NCBI GenBank assembly: GCA_041650255.1
Contig: JBAZLL010000002.1
Span: 38,932 to 102,931, forward strand
Origin: Candidatus Micrarchaeia archaeon
GTDB lineage: Archaea; Micrarchaeota; Micrarchaeia; Anstonellales; Anstonellaceae
Direction of reading: 5' to 3'
DNA: 64,000 bases
Made by a program: the position numbers and the translations under genes
Part shown: in pieces, positions 40,287-48,448 of the stretch
Layout: each line of letters opens with the position of its first letter
How positions within the stretch are numbered: position 1 is the first letter of the stretch
Notes under the pieces: model-generated
Database searches by the model: none
The model's input: only the letters and a program-made list of their open reading frames with translations
What the model was told of the DNA's origin: nothing

Positions 40287-41037
40287 TTTCCATTTTTATT
40301 TCCTCTTTTTGAGGCATAATTTTGTTCATGTAATTATCTTCGTACAATGCTTTTGCAACCGGCATTTTGATTGCCGTGAATGAAACATCTGCTTTTTGTA
40401 ATGTTTTTGCTTTGGTTGCCCCATAATAATTTTCAATCGGCAATTTGTCAACTATTTTGGAAATGGCTTTTATGCCCGTTTTTATCCAAGCCGCTGTCTT
40501 CGCATATTTGGGCATACTAACCTGTGCTTTTTGAAAGTGCGAATATTCCTGCCCTATTATTTTTCCAACCGCTTTTTCCATTGGGGTAAAAGCGGTTTTT
40601 GCAACTTCTTGTTTTATTTTGTAGTCTGTTTGAATAACAGTTATTCCCAAGCCCTTTTCCCTGAACTGGCTCATGTTATATCTAGGTATTTCCCGTTGAA
40701 TAACATTTGCAATTGTATTCTTCGCATAATTATCCGATACTGCTCTTCGAATAAGCGACTCGATGTCGTTTGGCCAGTAATTTTGCTTTTGGAAGGCGTA
40801 TGAATAAACTCTTTCCTTTGCCTTTTGCTCAAAAAGAGGTGGGAATTTTGAAATCGCGCTAATGCCTACAAAGCTCGATGTGCTTCTGTGCCTTGAAACG
40901 CGGCGGGATTTTGAACTCCATAAGCTGGGCAAATATGCTGAGCGCATGCCTGCCTTATGATGCCCCTTCGCGCCAATCTTTCTGATATTTTGGCCAGAAA
41001 ACGAAGGATGTGATTCCAAACTATATTCTGATGCCAT
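40159..41037 (-). CDS. Hypothetical basic protein; 3' end overlaps sod
   Basis: 292-aa ORF, no family recognised; last 128 bp antisense to sod. Confidence 0.5.
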   Translation of the reverse strand: MASEYSLESHPSFSGQNIRKIGAKGHHKAGMRSAYLPSLWSSKSRRVSRHRSTSSFVGISAISKFPPLFEQKAKERVYSYAFQKQNYWPNDIESLIRRAVSDNYAKNTIANVIQREIPRYNMSQFREKGLGITVIQTDYKIKQEVAKTAFTPMEKAVGKIIGQEYSHFQKAQVSMPKYAKTAAWIKTGIKAISKIVDKLPIENYYGATKAKTLQKADVSFTAIKMPVAKALYEDNYMNKIMPQKEEIKMEIKIGSSHIPNSPISTSFARSPRAYSDNQDSKRAPIHQAPKAA

Positions 41038-41085
41038 TTTTGTAGTTCCACCTTTAGGCTTTGTTTACTATTTCAGACTAATCCG

Positions 41086-42345
41086 TCATCGTTTATAAAC
41101 ATCTCGATTTTGCCACGTCAAACAGCGAAGATTTTGTACACGCGCTTCAATCATATGCAAATTTTGTGCGGCGTAGGTTGCCGATTCGGCTTTTGCATAA
41201 GCAATCTGTACTCCGTTTTTCATAAGATTGGAGATAACATATTTCTCCGCCGCTATGCCTATATCCTCTGGTGGGAAAACTCCGAATTTCTTTATTTTTG
41301 TAAAAGTGGTCGCATAAACAGATGCCGCCAATCCGGTGGCATAAGAAATATGGTTTGCGCCGCAAAATGCTTTTGGAATTTTTGTCAAAGAAGGATAAAC
41401 AACGAGCGCCTCAAGCGAAGACTCGCGCTTGCCCCGCAAACCGTCAATTTTTATTGCAGAAATAAAATTTCCTTCCCTTACCTCTTTTTTCCCAATCATT
41501 TTTGCAAGCTCTTTTGGGGTCGGAATCTTGCCCGCGTTCTTAATCGCGTATTCGTATTTGTCCATTTTTGTTTTTTGAATTCCTTCATAAAGTTTCAGGG
41601 CAGATTCAATCTCCCGCCCGCCTGCTTTCACATCAATATTTTTTGCATGTACGAAATATGGCAAAGTGGCAACTTCATCCCCGTAAATTGAATACACTCT
41701 GGTTTTTCCAAAGGGCATGCCAAAATCATAAGTTTCCTCTTTCTCAAATGGCTCTCTGAATGCAAATTTATTCTGCTCAAAAACAAGCGGAGGGGAAGTT
41801 ATCTCATCCACAATTACTTTTGGAGACCATGTAAGCACCGGCTTTTTTGAGTCAATGTCTTCTATGTGCCTGATTTTGATGCTTTCAATCTTGTCATATT
41901 CGCGTGCCATCTTTCTTGCAATCGTATTTGTAATTCCCGGAGACACGCCCGTGTTGATTATCGCCTTTAATTTCGCCCTCTTAAATTCAGAATAAAATTC
42001 CAACTGTTCAACTGTTTTGAAATCCTTTAAGCGTGAGCACATGTCTTGGTAATTTGCGCCTATTTCAAGCGCGGCCTGCATTATATTTTTGTTGAAATCC
42101 GGCAATGAGGCATTGATTATCAAAGATGAGCCCTTTGCAAATTCTGCTATTTGCGAGACATTTTTTGCATCAACTTCCCTAAATGTGATTTTCGGGGCCT
42201 GCAAATCAACAAACTCTTTGGCAGTTTCAATGTTTCTCGCGCATATTCTTATTTGCTTGATATCTTTGTTTTTTGCCAAAAATCTTGATATTATTGATGC
42301 CGTTGCTCCGGCTCCAATTATCGTTATTATTTGCGCTTTGCGCAT
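41086..42345 (-). CDS. Saccharopine dehydrogenase / carboxy(nor)spermidine dehydrogenase-like oxidoreductase
   Basis: IIGAG Rossmann motif, INASLP, GANYQDM, GVSPGITN, WSPKVIVDE. Confidence 0.85.
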   Translation of the reverse strand: MRKAQIITIIGAGATASIISRFLAKNKDIKQIRICARNIETAKEFVDLQAPKITFREVDAKNVSQIAEFAKGSSLIINASLPDFNKNIMQAALEIGANYQDMCSRLKDFKTVEQLEFYSEFKRAKLKAIINTGVSPGITNTIARKMAREYDKIESIKIRHIEDIDSKKPVLTWSPKVIVDEITSPPLVFEQNKFAFREPFEKEETYDFGMPFGKTRVYSIYGDEVATLPYFVHAKNIDVKAGGREIESALKLYEGIQKTKMDKYEYAIKNAGKIPTPKELAKMIGKKEVREGNFISAIKIDGLRGKRESSLEALVVYPSLTKIPKAFCGANHISYATGLAASVYATTFTKIKKFGVFPPEDIGIAAEKYVISNLMKNGVQIAYAKAESATYAAQNLHMIEARVQNLRCLTWQNRDVYKR

Positions 42346-42610
42346 ACCTATACCGTCCGCTAAGGGTTTGTAAACTAAATATTGTATTTTTTTCAGGATT
42401 TCTGAGCCCGAGTCTTCTCGGGTTTATTCCCTTAGTATCTTCTCTCTTTGATGCAAACTGCTTATAAATCGTTGCAAGGCTATTTTCCATTATCCTCGTT
42501 TATAAATACCGTTCTTAGCGATTTTGTGTTATTAGCTAAAAGGTTGTTTAATAAATCAGAAATAATAAATTGTATTCCTATGCCCCCAATCAAGGGCATT
42601 AGCATTTTCT

Positions 42611-42716
42611 AACGCCCCTGTAGCTCCCCCTTTTTCTTTCTTAGAAAGAAAGAAAAAGGTAGGTTTCCAAAAAGAAAGAATACTAATGAAACTATATTCC
42701 AACGCCCCTGTAGCTC
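42611..42716 (+). repeat. 16-bp direct repeat of the tRNA-Thr 5' end flanking a 74-bp palindrome/mirror insert
   Basis: AACGCCCCTGTAGCTC at 42611 and 42701; 14-bp hairpin 42629-42659; purine mirror 42646-57 / 42669-80. Confidence 0.9.
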
Positions 42717-42775
42717 AGCGGTAGAGTGCTTGTTTCGTAAACAAGATGTCGCGGGTTCAAATCCCGTCGGGGGCT
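42704..42775 (+). tRNA. tRNA-Thr(CGT)
   Basis: GCCCCTG/CGGGGGC acceptor, CTTGT-TT-CGT-AA-ACAAG, GGTTCAAATCCC, U73. Confidence 0.95.
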
Positions 42776-42780
42776 TAAAC

Positions 42781-43344
42781 CTAAAGCACAAATTTGACCC
42801 ATTCGCAATTTCTAAGTCTGTATGCCCACAGCTTCGGCGGTTCTATTTTTGCAACCTCATTAATCATTGCAATTGCAAGTATGCCATGCGCAAACGCGGC
42901 AACTTTTTTTCCCGCATATTTTTTTCCAATCACCGCAAGGGCTTTTTTCGCCCTTTTTGTAATTTGCGCCCAGTTTTCCCCGCCCGGCACCTTTTTTAGA
43001 AAATGCGATTTTTGCCCGTTTTCATAATCAAAAAAATAAGATGGAAATTCACTTCTGAGCTTCAGGGCGCTATGCCCCGTCCAGTCTCCCAAATCGTGCT
43101 CTGCCAGCAAATCCAAATACTCAATTTTCATATTATACTTCTTGGCAAGATAATATGCAGTTCTGCGCGCCCGCTTCATGGGGGAAGATACAATTACGTC
43201 AGGTTTTTCATTCCAAGAAGCCGCAAGCGCTTTTGCATCCTTCACACCTTTGGAAGTAAGACCGACATCGCGCCGACGTCCATTAAGTATATGAGACCGG
43301 TTTCCGCCTGCGCGTGCATGACGAATTATGAAAACTTCAGCCAT
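42781..43344 (-). CDS. Histidine phosphatase (phosphoglycerate mutase family)
   Basis: FIIRHA, SSPMKRARRTA, EHDLGDW.G, PGGEN, FAHG. Confidence 0.92.
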   Translation of the reverse strand: MAEVFIIRHARAGGNRSHILNGRRRDVGLTSKGVKDAKALAASWNEKPDVIVSSPMKRARRTAYYLAKKYNMKIEYLDLLAEHDLGDWTGHSALKLRSEFPSYFFDYENGQKSHFLKKVPGGENWAQITKRAKKALAVIGKKYAGKKVAAFAHGILAIAMINEVAKIEPPKLWAYRLRNCEWVKFVL

Positions 43345-43477
43345 TGTTTTCTTTTGCATCATTCTGACTTGCCCCAATACCTATTTAAAGATAATTTGCC
43401 CAATCAAATTCAACAACCGCTTAGAATTCTTCAGATTTTTAAGAGGATTAAATTCATTATTTGAGAGGTTTTGCTTT

Positions 43478-45670
43478 ATGGTCAGAAAGGAATACGTTGT
43501 GGACGAAGTACAAAAAATGATGAGCAATCTAAAAAATGTGCGAAATGTCGCCATTTGCGCTCACGTTGACCACGGTAAAACCACACTAACCGATTCATTG
43601 GTCGCAAGAGCAGGTCTCATTTCAAAGGAAACTGCCGGCGAACAGCGAATGATGGACTTTGACGAGCAAGAACAGGCAAGAGGAATTACAATCAAATCCG
43701 CAAATATTTCATTGGCTTTCCATCTTAACGGCGATGATTATCTAATTAACCTCATTGACACTCCCGGGCACGTTGACTTCGGAGGCCATGTAACGAGGGC
43801 AATGCGAGCAGTTGACGGAGTCATTCTCGTGGTAGATTCGGTGGAGGGAGTAATGCCTCAGACCGAAACCGTTCTTAGGCAGGCTCTAAAGGAAAAGGCA
43901 AAGCCGTGTGTATTCATAAATAAAGTTGACCGCTTGATAAACGAGCTAAAACTTACCGACGTGCAAATGCAGGAACGCCTCGTAAAAATTATCACACATA
44001 TCAACAAGCTCATTTTACAATATGCGCCTTCAGAGCACCGTGAAGACTGGATTATAGATGTAAAGAAAGGAAATATCGCATTCGGCTCGGCATTTCAGAA
44101 ATGGGCAATGTCTATTTCCGCAATGAAGAGATTCAACATCAAATTCTCGGACATAATTTCAATGTGCCAAAATGGCCAAACAAAAGAGCTCGTGGAAAAG
44201 GCACCACTTGACGACGTGCTTTTGGACATGATGGTAACTCATCATCCATCTCCGGACTTCGCGCAAAAATATCGTATCCCGACCATTTGGAGAGGCGACT
44301 TGGAATCCGAAACAGGAAAATCGCTAATGACATGCGACCCGGAAGCAAAAACAGTCGGAGTTTGCATCGGCGTAGTAAACGACCCGCACGCAGGAGAGGT
44401 TGCAATTGTGCGTCTTTTCGCAGGCAGGGTAAGAAAAAGCGACATGCTTTATCTCGCATCAAAATTCAAAGAGGAAAAAGTCCAGCAAGTGGCAATTTAC
44501 ATGGGTCCGGATCGAGTAATGGTGGACAATGTTATTGCAGGAAATATCGTCGGCATAGTCGGTCTTCGTGATGTATATGTAGGAGAAACTATCTCAAACG
44601 GGCAGGTAGAGCCTTTTGAACAAATCAAGCATTACTCTGAGCCAGTCGTTACAAAATCAATTGAGGCAAAAGACTCAAAGGATTTGGCAAAACTGATTCT
44701 TGTATTGCGTTCGCTCACAAAAGAGGACCCAACACTTCGAGTTGAGCTCAATCAGGAAACTGGTGAGCATCTAATATCTGGTATGGGAGAGCTTCACTTG
44801 GAAATCATTGAGTATAAAATCACGAAGGAGAAAGGGGTTGCAATTACAACTTCCCCGCCTATCGTGGTTTACCATGAGATACTCACCGGAAAAGTGGACA
44901 GGCCTGTTGAAGGAAAATCTCCAAACAAGCATACCAAACTAAAATTCTTGGTCGAGCCGTTGGAAAAGGCAGTTTACGACGCAATTATTTCTGGAGATAT
45001 TCCGGATGGTAGGCCAAAAGGCAAAGCGGTGACTGAAAAACTCATTGAGCTTGGAATGCCGCGCGACCAGGCAAAAGCGTTAATTACAATCCACAACAAA
45101 AACATTCTAATTAACGACACACGAGGAATTCAGTATCTCAACGAAATTATGGAGCTTGTGGTACAAGGATTTGAAGAGGCAATGGACAAGGGTCCGTTGG
45201 CAAAAGAAAAGGTCGTTGGCACAAAAGTAAGCATAGTTGACGCCGTAATCCACGAAGACCCGGTACACAGAGGTCCTGCGCAGATTATTCCTGCGACAAA
45301 GAGACCAATATATGCCGCTCTTTTGATTGCCGGTTTGACTCTGCAAGAGCCAAAGCAGAAAGTGACAATTCTCGTGCCGCAGGAATTCATGAGCAACGTA
45401 ATCACACTTGTTCAGGGAAGAAGAGGGCAGGTGCTTGACATACAGCAGGAAGGCGAACAGGCAACCGTGATTGCAAAAATCGCAGTGTCCGAGCTTTTCG
45501 GCTTTGTGGATGCATTGCGCTCTGCGACACAGGGAAGGGCAATTCCATATCAGGAATACGAGGGATACGACAACCTTCCGCGCGAAATGCTGCTAAAAAC
45601 CGTACAGGCAATTCGCAAGCGAAAGGGAGACAAGCCCGAACCGCCGACTCCAAACGACTTTTTGGATTAA
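43478..45670 (+). CDS. fusA: Translation elongation factor aEF-2
   Basis: AHVDHGKTT, RGITIKS, DTPGHVDF, NKVD, GMGELHL, HEDPVHRGPAQ diphthamide site; start 43478 after GAGAGG. Confidence 0.98.
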   Translation: MVRKEYVVDEVQKMMSNLKNVRNVAICAHVDHGKTTLTDSLVARAGLISKETAGEQRMMDFDEQEQARGITIKSANISLAFHLNGDDYLINLIDTPGHVDFGGHVTRAMRAVDGVILVVDSVEGVMPQTETVLRQALKEKAKPCVFINKVDRLINELKLTDVQMQERLVKIITHINKLILQYAPSEHREDWIIDVKKGNIAFGSAFQKWAMSISAMKRFNIKFSDIISMCQNGQTKELVEKAPLDDVLLDMMVTHHPSPDFAQKYRIPTIWRGDLESETGKSLMTCDPEAKTVGVCIGVVNDPHAGEVAIVRLFAGRVRKSDMLYLASKFKEEKVQQVAIYMGPDRVMVDNVIAGNIVGIVGLRDVYVGETISNGQVEPFEQIKHYSEPVVTKSIEAKDSKDLAKLILVLRSLTKEDPTLRVELNQETGEHLISGMGELHLEIIEYKITKEKGVAITTSPPIVVYHEILTGKVDRPVEGKSPNKHTKLKFLVEPLEKAVYDAIISGDIPDGRPKGKAVTEKLIELGMPRDQAKALITIHNKNILINDTRGIQYLNEIMELVVQGFEEAMDKGPLAKEKVVGTKVSIVDAVIHEDPVHRGPAQIIPATKRPIYAALLIAGLTLQEPKQKVTILVPQEFMSNVITLVQGRRGQVLDIQQEGEQATVIAKIAVSELFGFVDALRSATQGRAIPYQEYEGYDNLPREMLLKTVQAIRKRKGDKPEPPTPNDFLD

Positions 45671-46030
45671 GCCAAAAGTTTTTTCTTTTTCTTTTTATTT
45701 TCTACTTTTTTATATTCGAAAAATCTTTGTACAGCGTTAACTATTTATAATTTGCCAGTCTGACTCCTGCGATGTTCTTTCTTTTATTCGTGCAAAAGTC
45801 GGAGTTTTTACGGGTTCGTACAAACAATTGCAATCCCAAATTCATAGTTTTTGGGCTGCCTTTCTCTAAAACAAACGTTCTCGTAAAATGTGGTTCGAGT
45901 AACAAATGCCCGTTCCAAGAGCAACATCCATTTAAGCCCAGCAAATTTACATGTTCAAAATCAAAAGATCTAATCGTGGACGATATTCGCAAACTCTGAT
46001 TTTATCATTTTGGCAACATTTTGGCAAATA

Positions 46031-46067
46031 TTTAAATAAAGTTAATCACATATAACTTTTGGAGGTG
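46031..46067 (+). promoter_or_regulatory. TATA box plus Shine-Dalgarno for the micro-ORF
   Basis: TTTAAATA 46031-38; GGAGGTG 46061-67, 5 nt before ATG. Confidence 0.65.
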
Positions 46068-46072
46068 CTTGA

Positions 46073-46114
46073 ATGGATAAGAAAGGAAAGAAAGGCGGCT
46101 GTGGATGTTGCTAA
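46073..46114 (+). CDS. 13-aa micro-protein MDKKGKKGGCGCC
   Basis: Strong SD and TATA directly upstream; below the ORF-track cutoff. Confidence 0.55.
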   Translation: MDKKGKKGGCGCC

Positions 46115-46234
46115 ATAACTCCATCGCTAAGCCAAAATATTCGGGCTTTTGGCGCTTTATTTTGACCCCACATACACCAAAATAAAGTTGCCAAAACCCA
46201 AAATTCTCACTCGCAACTGTTTTTATTCTTTCAA

Positions 46235-46534
46235 GTGCCATCTTCTGATATGGTTGATAAAAAAAAGCCCAGTTATACACTTGAGCCTTACAAGCATTAT
46301 GAAGACATGATGCTCCCAAAGTACAAAATAACCATGACTACTTCGGCTGAAAAAGTCATCAGCCAGGAAGAGGCAAAAATGCTTGTGAACATGCTTTCCC
46401 ACGAATTTAGCGAGCGACCTCATCTAAACTCATTTCATTTTGAAAAAGTGGGCTTGTGGGTGCTAAAAGACAAAAACCATCTTACAATTATTACTGAAGA
46501 AGATAAGAAATCATTTGAAGCAAAAAAGAATTAG
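46235..46534 (+). CDS. Hypothetical protein
   Basis: 99-aa ORF (possible start MVDKKK at 46250) ending 9 bp from a convergent gene. Confidence 0.6.
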   Translation: MPSSDMVDKKKPSYTLEPYKHYEDMMLPKYKITMTTSAEKVISQEEAKMLVNMLSHEFSERPHLNSFHFEKVGLWVLKDKNHLTIITEEDKKSFEAKKN

Positions 46535-46542
46535 GTCGTCTT

Positions 46543-47370
46543 TTATTCATATACAAACGGAGGTCGCGCATCCCAAATTTCAATCTCTTTTTTCTTTGCC
46601 ATCTCAAGAAATATTCTGTGTATATTGCTACCGTATTGCATTGCTTTTTTCTGTCGCTCAACCGCAATTTTTGGCACGCAAAGCAATTTTGCAATTTCGC
46701 GTAAAAGGGGTTTTTTCATCTCTATCTTTCCAATCCTTTTTTTTGCCGGAATCAAAAAAACGGCTTCAATGAGCTCCTTATCCATAAACGGAGTTTGCAC
46801 TTTTAATCCGACAAAATCCGCGACCGCGCCTGCCCGTTTTATATCCCTTTTTGGCAGGCTGGAAATTTCCTCACGCAAAAGTTTGTCCAAATCCACTCCA
46901 TTTGCAAATGCATCATAATATTTGTGATAGCCGACAAAAAGCTCTTCGGCGCCGGAGCCAAAAAGAACTTGTTTATCTCCAAGTGAATGTGCTTTTTTAC
47001 AAACCTCATAAATCGCGCACATAAGCTCAATGTCTGTCAAGGTTCCGGGCATCAGCTCCCACATTTTTTTATAATCCTTCAAAAGAGCCGCCTTATCCAC
47101 AAGTATGATATGCAACTTTATTTGTGTCTCTTTTGTTTCATTTTGTACTTGCAGTTCTTTTGCCGCCGCTTTGGCAGCCTCAACATCCGGGCTTCCTTCA
47201 AGTCCGACTGTAATCAAATCCACGTCGCATTTTTGCATCGCGATTTTTGCAATTGTGGTGGAATCCAACCCGCCTGAAAAAGCAATCGCGATTTTTTTCT
47301 CATTCTGCAAATTTTTCAAAACAGAATTTTGCAAAATCGGAGCAAGTTTTTTCGCATCGGAAATATTCAT
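46543..47370 (-). CDS. Asparagine synthase C-terminal-domain protein (no glutaminase domain)
   Basis: AFSGGLDS PP-loop, GSGAEELFVGY, TPFMD, KKAMQYGS. Confidence 0.87.
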   Translation of the reverse strand: MNISDAKKLAPILQNSVLKNLQNEKKIAIAFSGGLDSTTIAKIAMQKCDVDLITVGLEGSPDVEAAKAAAKELQVQNETKETQIKLHIILVDKAALLKDYKKMWELMPGTLTDIELMCAIYEVCKKAHSLGDKQVLFGSGAEELFVGYHKYYDAFANGVDLDKLLREEISSLPKRDIKRAGAVADFVGLKVQTPFMDKELIEAVFLIPAKKRIGKIEMKKPLLREIAKLLCVPKIAVERQKKAMQYGSNIHRIFLEMAKKKEIEIWDARPPFVYE

Positions 47371-48017
47371 TTTTTCATCCTGCCAAAAATGCTTTCAATT
47401 ACCGGATTAATCAGCTGGTTTAACATCGGAATAATGTAAAACGACATAACTATTCCAATAATCCCTCCGGTCAGCAGGCGCATGGTGTTCGTGCTTTCCC
47501 AAAAGCCCAAGAATTGCCCGCTCCCGTCAATCGCAATCGGTACCATCGCAAGCACAAGCCATATCGGGTGCGGCCAATTTTGTTCATTCGCTTTTTTTAC
47601 GAGCGGATAAATAATCCCGCCGATTAGCATTGACAAATATATTCCAAAGTCTCGGGCGCATACCGGAAATTTATATCCAATATCCGAAGCAGTGCATTTT
47701 GCAGAACCAGCCCCCACTCCGTCGTTCAGGCATGATTTTGAAAAAATAATCTCTGTTTTTTGCCCTGTGTTCGCTCCGTCGCAATCTCTAACCAAAAATC
47801 CTGCCTCATAATAGCACAATGACCTTGTATCAAGCTGGTGGCATGTAAAGCTCCATGCAAAATAAGCCGAAGAAGCAAGATTTTCCTGTTCATTTGCCAC
47901 AAGCAGTGGGGGCATGAAAATAAGTGCATTTATCGCAAGCATGCAAATTAGGTAAATAATCCAGCCATACGGAATTTTTGTTCCATATATTTTCCGTCCA
48001 GTTTCCATAAATCGCAC
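47367..48017 (-). CDS. DUF2085-like membrane protein
   Basis: FTCHQL..RS, PVCARDFGIY, PIAIDG, RLLTG. Confidence 0.85.
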   Translation of the reverse strand: MRFMETGRKIYGTKIPYGWIIYLICMLAINALIFMPPLLVANEQENLASSAYFAWSFTCHQLDTRSLCYYEAGFLVRDCDGANTGQKTEIIFSKSCLNDGVGAGSAKCTASDIGYKFPVCARDFGIYLSMLIGGIIYPLVKKANEQNWPHPIWLVLAMVPIAIDGSGQFLGFWESTNTMRLLTGGIIGIVMSFYIIPMLNQLINPVIESIFGRMKK

Positions 48018-48039
48018 TGTTATTTCTTTTTTTTTGGAA

Positions 48040-48165
48040 CGGACCCGGTGAGATTTGAACTCACGACCTTTGTCTTGCTCCGTTTTTAATTAACTTTTTT
48101 CTATTTTCTAAAAAGAAAAAAGTCATTAGGAGGACACTGCTCTATCCAAGCTGAGCTACGGGCCC
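48040..48165 (-). tRNA. tRNA-Arg(CCT) with 51-nt intron (48076-48126) at 37/38
   Basis: GGGCCCG/CGGGTCC acceptor, GTGTC-CT-CCT-A...A-GACAA, GAGTTCAAATCTC; BHB with CTCC/GGAG helix. Confidence 0.93.
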
Positions 48166-48386
48166 GTGATAATAATATTGCAAATAGGGTATTTATATTC
48201 AAAACGCTTTCTTTTTGGGGTTACCCATATCCTCAACCGCCGCGCGGTTGGGGAGCTTGAAGCCGAAGGCTTCATGAGACCTTTTTCTTTTGAAAAGAAA
48301 AAGGGCTGGGGAGCTGAGCTACGGGCCCGTGATAATAATATTGCAAATAGGGTATTTATATTCAAAACGCTTTCTTTTTGGGGTTA
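48149..48386 (-). repeat. 75-bp perfect direct repeat (promoter + first 17 nt of tRNA-Arg) flanking an 88-bp triple-hairpin insert
   Basis: 48149-48223 identical to 48312-48386. Confidence 0.95.
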
Positions 48387-48448
48387 AGCTAATTGCAATT
48401 TTTGGCAATCAGTTCGCCTTTAAATATTAAGCTTCCTTCTATTTTTTT

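Noticed and set aside
42227-42490. 87-aa ORF with a GAGG RBS upstream of the dehydrogenase
   Set aside because: Overlaps the dehydrogenase by about 120 bp out of frame and has no recognisable features
45741-46319. ORFs 45741-45992(-), 45772-45999(+) and 46032-46319(-)
   Set aside because: Mutually overlapping, weak starts, no motifs; the last runs antisense over the better-supported micro-ORF promoter
39152-48386. Provirus or integrative element bounded by tRNA repeats
   Set aside because: The repeats enclose only 74-88 bp, there is no integrase, and the genes between the tRNAs are housekeeping
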